Shown: one piece after another, positions 1 through 12,231 of the stretch
Position numbering within the stretch: position 1 is the stretch's first letter
Layout: each line of letters opens with the position of its first letter
DNA from: an uncultured delta proteobacterium
GTDB lineage: Bacteria > Myxococcota_A > Polyangia > Polyangiales > Polyangiaceae
Length of the DNA: 64,000 nt
NCBI GenBank assembly: GCA_963716725.1
Contig: CAVQUB010000008.1
Location: 32,001 to 96,000 of the forward strand
Reading direction: 5' to 3'
Notes under the pieces: generated by a model
Told to the model about the DNA's origin: nothing
The model's input: only the letters and a program-made list of their open reading frames with translations
Database searches by the model: none
Made by a program: the position numbers and the translations under genes

Positions 1-28
1 CGCTCGTCAAGGGTTTGCGCCCGTCTCT

Positions 29-1569
29 GTGTCGGACCTCCGCGCTTCGGTGATAACCTGTGCGGCGGTGGAGGCGGATTCGCGGAACCCGTTGGAGCTC
101 GAGCGCGACCTTTACCGGCGTTTGCTCGAGCTGGGCGAGCGCGAGGACGTGCTGCCCTTCCTCGACGAGGCACTGAACCTGGTGGTCGAGGTCACGGGTG
201 CTCGGCACGGATACCTCGAACTCGGGTCCGGCGGCACGCCGAGGTTTTGGCTCGCGCGGGCCCTCGACGACTCCGAGGTGGAGCGTGTGCGCAGCGAGCT
301 CTCATCCGGAATCATCGCCCGCGCGCTCTCGACGGGCAAGGCCGTGAGCACCGCCAGCGCCATCGACGATCCACGCTTCGCGGCCCAGGGCAGCGTCCAA
401 GCTCAGAGGATCCGCGCCGTGCTCTGCGTTCCGATCGGCAGCCCTTCGGTCGGTGTCATCTACCTGCAGGGTCGATCCGAGCCGGGTCCCTTCCCGGAGC
501 GCGATCAGAAGCTGGCCGGAGTGTTCGCGCGCCACCTGGCGCCCTTCGTCGACCGCTTGCTCGCGAATGAGACCGAGACACGCCGGCGCGACCACACCGC
601 TGAACTTCGCGCGCGGCTCGCCGTTGGAGAGTTGATCGGGGCCAGTCAGGCGCTCGCGAAGCTGTTTCAGGGCATGCTCGTCGCGGCGCCCGTTGAGATG
701 TCGGTGCTGATCGCGGGCGAGAGCGGCACCGGAAAGACGGCAGTGGCCCGTGCGCTTCACGCGAGTTCGCTCAGGAGTCACGGACCCTTCGTCGAGCTGA
801 ACTGCGCCGCCATCCCGTCGACGCTGTTCGAGAGCGAGCTGTTTGGCGCCGAGAAGGGCGCGCACAGCACCGCCGACCGACGCATCGAGGGCAAGGTCGA
901 CGGGGCTGCCGGCGGCACCCTGTTCCTGGACGAGATCGCGGAGATCCCTCTGGAGACTCAGAGCAAGCTCCTGACTTTCTTGCAGAGCAAGACCTACTAC
1001 CGCCTCGGCAGCAGCAGCCCGAGGACCGCGGACGTGCGCATCGTGGCGGCCACCAACGTGGACCTGCGCGAACAGGTCGCGAAGAAGCGCTTCCGCGAGG
1101 ACCTCTTCTATCGACTTGGCGCCCTCGAGCTCCACGTGCCGTCGCTGTCAGCGCGGAGAGACGACATTCCCGCCCTGGCTGACGCGGTGGCGCGCCGCAC
1201 CAGCAGCGCACACGGTCGCGATATTCCGCTCACGCGCGCTGCAAAGCTGGCGCTCTCCGAGGCAGAGTGGCCGGGCAACGTGCGCCAACTCGAGAATCTC
1301 GTGCAGCGCGGGTGGGCCACGGCTTCGGCGCTCGGTGCGTCTGCAATCGAGCCCAAGCACCTGTTCGGCGACGCGCCGGCGCAGGCTTCGGACGGGGACG
1401 CCCAGGCGCTCTCGTATCACGACGCCCTGCGCAGCTTTCAACGGCGCTTCATCCGCGAAGCGCTGGACGAGTGCGACTGGAACGTGACCGACGCCGCGCG
1501 TCGGCTCGAGTTGTCTCGGTCGCGATTGAACGAGCTGATTCGGTCGCTGGAGATCCAGCGCCCGGGGAA

Positions 1570-1573
<4 letters not shown>
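29..1573 (+). CDS. Sigma-54-interacting transcriptional regulator (GAF + AAA+ + Fis HTH)
   Basis: N-terminal GAF-like region (SVQAQRIRAVLCVPI...VGVIYL). AAA+ motifs GESGTGKT, ELNCAAIP, GGTLFLDEI, FREDLFYRL, WPGNVRQLEN. C-terminal WNVTDAARRLELSR HTH. The GAFTGA loop reads GAHSTA. Start could be GTG at 68. Confidence 0.93.
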
Positions 1574-4089
<2,516 letters not shown>

Positions 4090-4167
4090 GGCATCCCGGT
4101 GGCCGGGAAACGAGCCACCACTGCCGCAAGATCTGGCGATCCGCCGCGCCGAACGCCGGCTTTCGCC

Positions 4168-4183
4168 CGGCACGCCTCTCGCA
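4168..4183 (+). promoter_or_regulatory. Putative sigma-54 (-24/-12) promoter
   Basis: CGGCACG-CCTC-TCGCA: GG at 4169-70 and GC at 4181-82, 10 nt apart. Lies about 60 nt upstream of ATG 4244. Confidence 0.55.
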
Positions 4184-4243
4184 ATGAGTCTGGGTACGGC
4201 GCCTAAGGTGGCGGTCGCAATTCGAAAGCAGGGTCCAAAGAAC

Positions 4244-4579
4244 ATGACGACGTATTTTCAAGACGGTGGTTACGCGATGTGGCTGATTCTGATCATCGCG
4301 CTCGGCTCGACCGCGGTCGCGGTGGCCAGCAAGGCCGAACGGCGATCGAAGGCGCTCTGGCTCGGCAGCTACGGGTCGCTGGTGGCGGGCGTCTTCGGCA
4401 TGTCCGCCGGCATGGTCGCGGTGAGCAGGAACATCTCGCGCTTCGCGGACAAGGGCGCAGCCGTCGCCGAGGGCCTGGGCGAGCTGAGCAACAACGGAAG
4501 CTTCGCCGCGATCCTCGCCGTGGTGCTCGCGGTCGCGGCGCTGATCACAGCCCCCAAAGCGACTCCTCAGAAGGTCTGA
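4244..4579 (+). CDS. Small 3-TM membrane protein, MotA/TolQ/ExbB-like
   Basis: MTTYFQDGGYAMWLILII...AGVFGMSAGM...VAEGLGEL. The FxxGGxxM start and GxFGxxxG / VAxGxxE patterns resemble ExbB/TolQ helices. 111 aa. Confidence 0.7.
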   Translation: MTTYFQDGGYAMWLILIIALGSTAVAVASKAERRSKALWLGSYGSLVAGVFGMSAGMVAVSRNISRFADKGAAVAEGLGELSNNGSFAAILAVVLAVAALITAPKATPQKV

Positions 4580-4941
4580 TCCCGAGGGATGACTCGTCGG
4601 TCCAGGGACCGCAGGAGCGTACGCCGCGGGTCCGGTTCGGGCTCTCTGCGCGCCGCCTGTCGGCGCTCCTCGCCGTCGCGCCGGTCTCCGAGCGGACAGC
4701 ACTCGCCCCTGAGCTCGGTGAGGGTCAAAGACCGTCGCCCTGCCATGGCGGAGTGGTTCGCGCACAAGACGGCGACGCCGTTTCGCAACGCATGGCGTCG
4801 CAGCACTCGCAGATCGGCCAAGCCACACACGGCGCAGGGACCAGCGAGGGCGTGTCCCCGGGTCACGCGCCGGTAGCAGGCGGGGCAGCGGGACCGACGA
4901 GCGTGGCACGTCGGTCGACCACACGTGATGCAATGGGTCAC
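4567..4941 (-). CDS. Small Cys-rich (putative Zn-finger) hypothetical protein with Arg-rich tail
   Basis: CITC, CPAC, CAVC and CANH motifs, then DRR-x-ERR-x-RR. GTG start at 4941 chosen by eye. Confidence 0.55.
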   Translation of the reverse strand: MTHCITCGRPTCHARRSRCPACYRRVTRGHALAGPCAVCGLADLRVLRRHALRNGVAVLCANHSAMAGRRSLTLTELRGECCPLGDRRDGEERRQAARREPEPDPRRTLLRSLDRRVIPRDQTF

Positions 4942-5032
4942 GATTTCTACTAACCCATGATGGCTGCCTTTGGCCAAGATTGCCGCGTCGCTGCCCTCAG
5001 CCGCGACACCGTGCGAGTCCACGACTGGCGCG

Positions 5033-6127
5033 TCAGAGACGGGCCAGTAGCCCGATTAGGCGAACGAGTTCGCGCTGCCCCGAGAGCCCGGTCGCCGCGT
5101 AGACTTGCTTGAGCTGGAAGCGGGCGGTGCCTGGCGTGATGCGAAGCGGTTGGGCGGCCTCGCTGGCCGAGTGGCCCGAGCCGACGAGCGCCGCGACGCG
5201 CGCCTCCGCGGCGGTCAGTCCATAGAGGCTCCGAAGCTTGGTTTCGACGAGGCTGAGATCGATCGCGTGGAGCGGATCGTGGATCACGACCAGCGCCGCG
5301 GGCCTCGGGCCGCCGACCCTCGCTGCCGACACTCGCTCGCTCAAGGTCGAGACGCTCGCGATCAACGCCGGACCTTTCGCGCGCCGCAGCGCGACGTGCA
5401 GCACGGCGGCGCTGCCCGAGTCGGATCCAGGCCTCGTTTCGCGCAACTGGCGTGCCAGAGCGAGGTCGCTGACTGGACAGGTCGCCCTAAGCCGGTTCTG
5501 TCTCGCGGAGATCGCGTCTCCGGACCGGAGCAAGGCCAGCGCAGGCTGGTTTTTCGATCGGATCAGACCTTCCGAGTCGATCACCAAGATCGCTACGCTT
5601 CCGACAGCGCCGGCGGTCTCGAGCTCGGAGAGACGTTGGTCGATCCAGAGCGCTCGGCGGATGCGCGGGAGGAAGGGCTCCAGCCGAGCGGCGTCGCTTC
5701 GGTCGAAGGAGCGCGCTCCGTCCGCGCGCATCAGCGCAAACGTCGTGATGCCCCCGTCCGATGACTGATCGACGATGCCCCCGACGATCTCCCGGAGGCC
5801 GTGGGGCTTCAGGAAGTCCTGGTAGAACTCCGAGGTGTCGAGCACGTGCCCCGGCACGAAGTCCTCACTCGGAGCACACCTGCCCACCGGCCGCGAGCGA
5901 GCCGTCGGCATCCAGGGATCGAGGCGGTGGTAGTGATCCAGGTACGCGCGCTCGAAGGCTTCCGACAAGCCGCACCAGGTCTGCGTCACAGCGCCGTCAG
6001 GAGCTTCGACACGCACCCCGCCGGCCAGGCCACCAAACTCGGCCGCGATCGCGCAGAGCGAGTCCCGCCAGCGATCGGGATCGGGGCCGGCGTCGTCGAA
6101 ACAGGAGAGCGTGAGCTGTCTCGACAA
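5033..6127 (-). CDS. LuxR-family HTH regulator with N-terminal sensor and PAS-like region
   Basis: C-terminal YGLTAAEARVAALVGSG...AAQPLRITPGTARFQLKQVYAATG...QRELVRL. TTG start at 6127 has a GGAGG RBS upstream. Confidence 0.88.
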   Translation of the reverse strand: MSRQLTLSCFDDAGPDPDRWRDSLCAIAAEFGGLAGGVRVEAPDGAVTQTWCGLSEAFERAYLDHYHRLDPWMPTARSRPVGRCAPSEDFVPGHVLDTSEFYQDFLKPHGLREIVGGIVDQSSDGGITTFALMRADGARSFDRSDAARLEPFLPRIRRALWIDQRLSELETAGAVGSVAILVIDSEGLIRSKNQPALALLRSGDAISARQNRLRATCPVSDLALARQLRETRPGSDSGSAAVLHVALRRAKGPALIASVSTLSERVSAARVGGPRPAALVVIHDPLHAIDLSLVETKLRSLYGLTAAEARVAALVGSGHSASEAAQPLRITPGTARFQLKQVYAATGLSGQRELVRLIGLLARL

Positions 6128-6236
6128 ACCTAGATCCTCCCCAAGTACTGGGCCGAACTCAAGGTAATTGTCGGACCACACCTCCCAGGTGGGAGGTGTG
6201 CCACCGGTCGAGTCACGGCAAACTGCGCTTGGCTCA

Positions 6237-7634
6237 ATGACACCGGTGACGGAAGGCGAGGTGCTCCTCGGCAAGTACGTCGTCGAGAAGGTGCTCGGCA
6301 TGGGCGGCATGGGGGTGGTCGTCGCGGCGCACCACCTTCAGCTCGACGAGCGCGTGGCGCTGAAGTTCCTCTTGCCCGACGCCGCCGCAAATCCGCTGGT
6401 CGTCGCACGATTCCTCCGTGAAGCTCGGGCGGCCGCAAAGATCAAGAGTGAGCACGTCACTCGCGTGTTCGACGTCGGCACCATGGAGAACGGCTCGCCG
6501 TTCTTGGTGATGGAGTATCTCGATGGGCAGGACCTCGCTGCTCTGATCGCTTCGAGCGGTCCGTGCGCGCCCGACGTCGCCGTCGACTACGTGCTCCAAG
6601 CGTGCGAGGCCATCGCAGAGGCGCACGCCGCTGGCGTGGTGCATCGCGATCTCAAGCCGCACAACCTGTTCCTGAGCCGCCGCGCCGACGGGTCGCCGTG
6701 CATCAAGGTGCTCGACTTCGGGATCTCGAAGGCGACCGGTTCCCCCGCCGCGGCGATGACGAGCACCGCCGCGATGATGGGGTCGCCGCTGTACATGTCG
6801 CCGGAACAGATGGTGAGCGCGCGCGACGTCGACCCCCGGTCGGACATCTGGGCCCTGGGCATCATCTTGTACGAGCTCTTGGCCGGCAAGACGCCCTTCG
6901 ATGCAGAGACGATGCCCCAGCTGGTGCTCCAGGTCACCCAGCACCCGCCTCGCATGCTGCGGGTCGATCGTCCGGACGCGCCACCGGGGCTCGAAGCGGC
7001 CATCAATCGATGTCTGGAGAAGGCGCCCGCCGCTCGATACCAGAATGTCGCCGATCTCGCGGCCGACCTCGCGATCTTCGTGCCGCCGGAACGCAGAAGT
7101 TCGGTGATTCGCATCAGTCGAGTGCTCGGCGGATCGACCGAAGCGATCCGCGCGCCAGCGCGATCCGACTCTGCGATGGCGACTGCGGCTTCGCCCGGCG
7201 CAACCCAGGGATCCTGGGGATCCACGCGGGCGGAGGGGCGCGGACTTTCCATAGGGACTGTGGCTCTTGCCGTGGGCGTCATGGTGCTGGTCGGCGCATC
7301 CGCTTGGGCCGGGCTCCGGTTCATGAGGTCGTCCGGCGCAGCGAGCGTGTCGCCACCCGTGGCCAGCGAAAGCGCGGCCCTCCTAGCGGCTACGGTCGAG
7401 AGTGCTGCACCAGTCGAAGCTCTGCCCGCCGTTGCAGTCGAGCCCGACGCCTCGAGGCCCGTCGACGGCCGCGCGTCGCCCTCGGAGTCCACCAATCCGC
7501 CCGCCGTCGGGGATCACGAAGCGCGTCGTACGGTGACCGCGGGCAAACCCAGTCCACCGGCGAAGCGCCCAGCTGTCCCGGCACTTTCCTCCGCCAACAG
7601 CCCGCCCAGCGAAGTCCCCAATGATCGGAAATAG
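6237..7634 (+). CDS. Ser/Thr protein kinase, single TM
   Basis: LGMGGMGVV, VALK, HRDLKPHN, DFG, GSPLYMSPE, DIWALG; then a TM segment and a Pro/Ala-rich tail. Confidence 0.95.
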   Translation: MTPVTEGEVLLGKYVVEKVLGMGGMGVVVAAHHLQLDERVALKFLLPDAAANPLVVARFLREARAAAKIKSEHVTRVFDVGTMENGSPFLVMEYLDGQDLAALIASSGPCAPDVAVDYVLQACEAIAEAHAAGVVHRDLKPHNLFLSRRADGSPCIKVLDFGISKATGSPAAAMTSTAAMMGSPLYMSPEQMVSARDVDPRSDIWALGIILYELLAGKTPFDAETMPQLVLQVTQHPPRMLRVDRPDAPPGLEAAINRCLEKAPAARYQNVADLAADLAIFVPPERRSSVIRISRVLGGSTEAIRAPARSDSAMATAASPGATQGSWGSTRAEGRGLSIGTVALAVGVMVLVGASAWAGLRFMRSSGAASVSPPVASESAALLAATVESAAPVEALPAVAVEPDASRPVDGRASPSESTNPPAVGDHEARRTVTAGKPSPPAKRPAVPALSSANSPPSEVPNDRK

Positions 7635-7638
7635 CAGC

Positions 7639-8622
7639 ATGCACCATCGGAGCTTTCGAATCTGGCTGCTGGCTGCAGCGGCGCCCTTCGCGCCGTCAAT
7701 CGCGGCCGCGCAGTCGAGCACCTCCGCTCAAGCTCTGTTCGATGACGCGCGAGTTCTGATGAGTGCCGGCAGACACGCCGAGGCTTGCCCCAAGCTCGCG
7801 GAGAGCCAACGTCTCGATCCGGGGGGTGGCACGCTGATCCACCTTGCACTGTGCTACGAACACGTCGGCAAGTCGGCATCTGCGTGGGCGACGTTCAACG
7901 ATGCGCTCAGCGCTGCAAAGCGGGACCGTCGAGACGATCGTTTGAAGGTTGCCGAAGAGCATCTCGCGCAACTCACGCCGAAGCTCACCAAGCTGAGGCT
8001 GGTCGTGCCGCCCCAGATCGCAAACACCAAAGGCCTGGTCATCAGGCGCGGGGAAGACGAAACCAGCCCGGCCGAGTGGGGTTCAGCCGTGCCGGTGGAT
8101 CCGGGCGAGATCCGGGTCGTGCTGAGCGCCCCGGGCAAGAAGACCAAGGTGCAGACCGTCGTCGCCGACCGGCCCGGTCAGACCTTGGACGTCGAGGTCT
8201 CGGCGCTCGAGAACGCACCCGACGCGACGGCGGGTGGCCCCGGGATCGCGGTACAAAGCGACGCCGGCGTCCGGTCGAGCTCGGGCGGGGGCCAACGTAC
8301 GATCGGCTTGGTCGTGGCGGGGGTCGGCTTGGTTGGTCTCGGAGTCGGCGGCTACTTCGGCCTGCAGTCGTTGTCGAAGAAGAAAGATGCCGACGCGTAC
8401 TGCGACGGAGCGGCGTGTCGCGAACACAGCGGCGTCGATCTTCGCGACGACGCGCGCGGCGCCGGCAACATCTCGACCGTGGCGTTCATCGCGGGAGGCG
8501 TTGCGGTGGCGGCGGGCGCGACGCTCTACCTGACCGCGCCCAAGAAGAATCGCACGAGCGTCGCGCTCCGACCGGCGCTGGCGCCTGGCTACGCGGGACT
8601 AGGAGCGACGGGACGATGGTGA
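7639..8622 (+). CDS. Secreted TPR/PEGA-type protein typical of myxobacterial kinase operons
   Basis: Signal peptide; AQALFDDARVLM...ACPKLAESQRLDPGGGTL TPR-like helices; PVDPGE beta domain; C-terminal Gly-rich hydrophobic segments ending GATGRW. Confidence 0.85.
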   Translation: MHHRSFRIWLLAAAAPFAPSIAAAQSSTSAQALFDDARVLMSAGRHAEACPKLAESQRLDPGGGTLIHLALCYEHVGKSASAWATFNDALSAAKRDRRDDRLKVAEEHLAQLTPKLTKLRLVVPPQIANTKGLVIRRGEDETSPAEWGSAVPVDPGEIRVVLSAPGKKTKVQTVVADRPGQTLDVEVSALENAPDATAGGPGIAVQSDAGVRSSSGGGQRTIGLVVAGVGLVGLGVGGYFGLQSLSKKKDADAYCDGAACREHSGVDLRDDARGAGNISTVAFIAGGVAVAAGATLYLTAPKKNRTSVALRPALAPGYAGLGATGRW

Positions 8623-9842
8623 TGCAAAACGGATCGTGGGGTCTGCTCGTGGCGCTTGCGGTCACCGGGTGCAACGCCATCCTCGGAAACGAGGAAGGCG
8701 AGCTGGTCGCTGCGACGGGCGGCAGCGGCGGCGCGACGGGCGGCAGCGGCGGCGCGACGGGCGGCAGCGGCGGCGCGACGGGCGGCAGCGGCGGCGCGAC
8801 GGGCGGCAGCGGCGGCGCGACGGGCGGCAGCGGCGGCGCGACGGGCGGCAGCGGCGGCGCGACGGGCGGCAGCGGCGGTGCGACGGGCGGCAGCGGCGGC
8901 GCCACGGGCGGCAGCGGAGGCGCGACAGGCGGCAGCGGAGGCGCGACAGGCGGCAGCGGAGGCGCGACCGGCGGCAGCGGCGGCGCCAACCCCAATGCAG
9001 CGGCGGCCGACGAAGTTGGCGTGCTTTTCTACAGAAAGAGCGACGCCTCGAACAGCTTGCGTTGGATCAAGAGCAACCACACTCAGCGCACCGCGGCAGC
9101 GTATTCGTGGGGTCCCGGCTGGACCACCATCACCAGCGTCGCCAAGCTGTTTGGCGCCGGGGCCGAGCTGATCCTGCACTCGGCGGGGTCACCCTACGTC
9201 ACGACTGCGCTCTCCGTTGGCAACGACACTGCCACCAGTCAAAAGACCAACGCCAACTTCCCGGGCAGCTACGAGCTCGCCACCAGGCGGTCGGATGGCA
9301 AGGTGATGATGTTGAACGGAACTACGGGGAGCTGGATCACCGGCGGCTGGTCGTCGACCTGGATCAAAGAGTACGAAGGCACCATCACGCTCCCGGCGAG
9401 CACCACCTTCGAGCACCTCCACCGCTGTGGAAGTGGGAGTGCCAGCCTGAGCACCTTCATCTTCTATTCGACCAACGACACGCTGCTTTATACGCGAATC
9501 TTCGGCACCGGGTTCACGACGGCGACGCAGATGGCAGTGCCCGCATCCAGCCACGCGGTCTGCGTCGGCACGAATGAGAATTTCACGTTCGTCTATGCGT
9601 CGTCGACGGGGGGAGCCAAGCTCTACAGCGCGTCGACGGAGCTCAGCAGCTGGGGCGCGAGTAGCTTCGGTGCTTGGACGCACATCGTGAATCTGCGATC
9701 GGGGCTGACACTCTTCTATCGCGCTGCGACGGGCGAGGGCGTCATCGGCGAGTTCAAGAACACCGCACCCTATTTCAGCCAGCTCGGCGCGTTTGCGCCC
9801 AGCACCTTCCCAACCGGAATGGACATCGTCACTGCGCTCTAG
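8616..9842 (+). CDS. Lipoprotein with (ATGGSGG)13 linker and putative beta-propeller domain (paralog A)
   Basis: Lipobox LAVTGC. Start overlaps the upstream stop. The ~285-aa C-terminal domain has LFY...GWTTI and WTHIV...LFY motifs. Confidence 0.85.
   Translation: MVMQNGSWGLLVALAVTGCNAILGNEEGELVAATGGSGGATGGSGGATGGSGGATGGSGGATGGSGGATGGSGGATGGSGGATGGSGGATGGSGGATGGSGGATGGSGGATGGSGGATGGSGGANPNAAAADEVGVLFYRKSDASNSLRWIKSNHTQRTAAAYSWGPGWTTITSVAKLFGAGAELILHSAGSPYVTTALSVGNDTATSQKTNANFPGSYELATRRSDGKVMMLNGTTGSWITGGWSSTWIKEYEGTITLPASTTFEHLHRCGSGSASLSTFIFYSTNDTLLYTRIFGTGFTTATQMAVPASSHAVCVGTNENFTFVYASSTGGAKLYSASTELSSWGASSFGAWTHIVNLRSGLTLFYRAATGEGVIGEFKNTAPYFSQLGAFAPSTFPTGMDIVTAL
8712..8984 (+). repeat. 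21-bp tandem repeat x13 (GCGACGGGCGGCAGCGGCGGC, encodes ATGGSGG)
   Basis: 273 bp = 13 units; the first ~7 are identical at nucleotide level. Confidence 0.95.
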
Positions 9843-9904
9843 TCCCGGGGTTACCTCCCATCTGGGAGATGCGGGTGCGCGGGGCGCTTGATAGCCATGC
9901 GCGC

Positions 9905-11239
9905 ATGAAACGTCTGGCAATCGGGCTCATCACCTGCTCACTCGTCGCGTGCGGATCTGACGGAGACAGCGGCGGCGCGAAGAACACGGGCGGGACCGGG
10001 GGCGTGACCGGAGGGGCGGGCGGCGCGGGCGGTAGCGCGACCGGTGGCGCGAACACCGGCGGAGCAAACACCGGCGGAGCAAACACCGGCGGAGCAAACA
10101 CCGGCGGAGCAAACACCGGCGGAGCAAACACCGGCGGAGCAAACACCGGCGGAGCAAACACCGGCGGCACGGCGGGCAGCGGCGGAGCAACCGGCGGCGC
10201 AGCGGGCAGCGGCGGAGCGACCGGCGGCAGCGGCGGAGCGACCGGTGGCACGGGCGGTACCGGCGGCACGGGCGGAGCGACGGGCGGCACGGGCGGAGCG
10301 ACCGGTGGCACGGGCGGAGCGACCGGCGGCACGGGCGGCACGGGCGGAGCGACCGGCGGCACCGGCGGTGGAGGCAACCCCAATGCCGCGGCCGCGGACG
10401 AAATCGGCGTGCTCTTCTACAAGAAGAGCGATGGCTCCAACAGCCTGCGTTGGATCAAGAGCAACCACACCCAGCGCACGGCGTCCTCGTTCACCTTCAG
10501 CCAGAACTGGGCGACGATCACCAGCGTCGCCAAGCTCAGCGGTGCCGGCGCCGAGTTGATCTTCCACAACGGAAGCGCGAATCCGACCTTCGTGACGACC
10601 TCCTTCCTCGTGAACAACGACACGACCACCAGCCAGAAGACCAACGCTGACTTCGCCTCGAACTACGGCCTCGCCACCCGGCGGTCCGACGGAAAGGCCA
10701 TGATGCTGAACGGCACCAGTGGAAAGTGGGTCACGGGTGGCTGGGGAGCGTCCACCTGGACCAAAGATTCCGACGGCACGCTCACCCTGCCGGCGAGCAC
10801 CACCTTCGAGCACTTCCATCGCTGTGGCGCCCCGGCTGCCGGCCTGAGCACGTTCATCTTCTACTCGACCAACGACACGCTGCTCTACACGCGGATCTTC
10901 GGTACCGGGTTCACGACGGCGACGCAGATGGCAGTGCCCGCATCCAGCCACGCGGTCTGCGTCGGCACGAACGAGAACTTCACCTTCGTCTACTCCTCGT
11001 CGACCGGCGCGGCGAAGCTCTACAGCGCGTCGACGGAGCTCACCAGCTGGGGAGCGAGTGGCTTCGGTGCCTGGACGCACATCGTGAATCTGCGATCGGG
11101 TCTGACTCTCTTCTACCGGGCCTCGACCGGAGAGGGCGCGATCGGCACGTTCACGAACGCGGCGCCGTTCTTCACCGAGCACGGCACGTTCGCGGCGGGC
11201 ATCTTCCCCACGGGAATGGACGTCGTGACGGCGCTCTGA
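9905..11239 (+). CDS. Lipoprotein with Gly/Thr linker and putative beta-propeller domain (paralog B)
   Basis: MKRLAIGLITCSLVAC lipobox. The C-terminal domain is collinear with and highly similar to 8616..9842 (NPNAAAADE...PTGMDxVTAL). Confidence 0.87.
   Translation: MKRLAIGLITCSLVACGSDGDSGGAKNTGGTGGVTGGAGGAGGSATGGANTGGANTGGANTGGANTGGANTGGANTGGANTGGANTGGTAGSGGATGGAAGSGGATGGSGGATGGTGGTGGTGGATGGTGGATGGTGGATGGTGGTGGATGGTGGGGNPNAAAADEIGVLFYKKSDGSNSLRWIKSNHTQRTASSFTFSQNWATITSVAKLSGAGAELIFHNGSANPTFVTTSFLVNNDTTTSQKTNADFASNYGLATRRSDGKAMMLNGTSGKWVTGGWGASTWTKDSDGTLTLPASTTFEHFHRCGAPAAGLSTFIFYSTNDTLLYTRIFGTGFTTATQMAVPASSHAVCVGTNENFTFVYSSSTGAAKLYSASTELTSWGASGFGAWTHIVNLRSGLTLFYRASTGEGAIGTFTNAAPFFTEHGTFAAGIFPTGMDVVTAL
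10049..10168 (+). repeat. 15-bp tandem repeat x8 (GCAAACACCGGCGGA, encodes ANTGG)
   Basis: Directly visible; 120 bp. Confidence 0.95.
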
Positions 11240-11280
11240 GTCGGGGCGCGCTCCCCGCGCGCTCCCGTCACCGCCCTTGC

Positions 11281-12195
11281 TCAGCGTTGCCCGAAGGGCT
11301 TGGCCGAGAGCGTGCCGAAGAACGCGAACAACGCCTTCTTCTCGGTCTCGTTCAGCTTCCCGATGGCGTCGAGCGGCATGAATGGATCGAGCTTGTTGCC
11401 GTTCCTCTTGAGCCCTTGAGTCAAGACCTTGTCGAAGTCTTCGTAGCTCCAGCCCGCGATGCCCGTCGCGTGGGGCGTGAGGTTGGTCGGGATGGGCACC
11501 GACGCTGGCGCCCCCGGGATAGGACCGCCCGAGAAACCCTCGCCATGACAGCCCTGGCAGCTGCGCGCCAGGAACTTGCCGTAGGCTGCGGTGGGCTCCG
11601 GGGCGCCAACGGCTTCTTTCTTGGCGTGGTCGATGCGACGAGCGATGTCGATGGCGAGCTCGCCGCGTTGGTCGAGGACCTTGCCCAGAACCCCGACCTC
11701 GCTGGCGGGGATCGTGCGCTGCACCGGCGGGACGGTGCGCAGATACGACACAATCGCCGTCAGCTCGTCGTCGGGGAGCCATGAGAGATCCTGCGACGGC
11801 ATGAAGCGCACGGAGCGCCCGTCCTTCTTCACGCCGTGTTTGACCAGGCGAGCAAGCTCGCCGTCGTTGTAGGAGTCGAGCAGGCTGCCCGGGGTGACGT
11901 TGGGACCATGGAAGGTCCCCACGGGTCCCATGCTGATCGGCTTGCCGCCGCCTAGATCGGCGCCGTGGCAGTCCGCGGACACACACCCCGCGGTGGCTTC
12001 GACCAGATGCTTCCCGCGTTCGATCACCTTCGCATCCGTCGAGCGAGTGACCGCCGGGAGGGGCACATCGTAGACCTTCGACATGCTGGTCTCGTACGCG
12101 GACGATTTCACCGCCGCGTACGCGCCGCCTCCGACGAACACCAAGAGCACCACCCCGCCAACCCCTACGCCCGCTCGCTTCAGCCAAACCTTCAT
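11281..12195 (-). CDS. Membrane-anchored diheme cytochrome c
   Basis: N-terminal TM; RGKHLV...CVSADCH, PNVTP, GKFLARSCQGCHG, TNLTPHATGIAGWSYEDF, FMP. Confidence 0.88.
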   Translation of the reverse strand: MKVWLKRAGVGVGGVVLLVFVGGGAYAAVKSSAYETSMSKVYDVPLPAVTRSTDAKVIERGKHLVEATAGCVSADCHGADLGGGKPISMGPVGTFHGPNVTPGSLLDSYNDGELARLVKHGVKKDGRSVRFMPSQDLSWLPDDELTAIVSYLRTVPPVQRTIPASEVGVLGKVLDQRGELAIDIARRIDHAKKEAVGAPEPTAAYGKFLARSCQGCHGEGFSGGPIPGAPASVPIPTNLTPHATGIAGWSYEDFDKVLTQGLKRNGNKLDPFMPLDAIGKLNETEKKALFAFFGTLSAKPFGQR

Positions 12196-12231
12196 TGCCC
12201 AAGCCTCCGGTCAGATCGTGTCATGTTGCCA

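Noticed and set aside
1267..1569. 5' extension of the kinase ORF into the regulator gene (also 6128..6310, 7785..8615, 53068..53340)
   Set aside because: Arg-rich read-through of neighbouring genes; better starts with stop-start coupling or an RBS exist downstream.
8985..11239. Paralogous repeats as a diversity-generating retroelement TR/VR pair
   Set aside because: Both copies are intact genes, differences are not adenine-specific and include indels, and there is no reverse transcriptase in the window.
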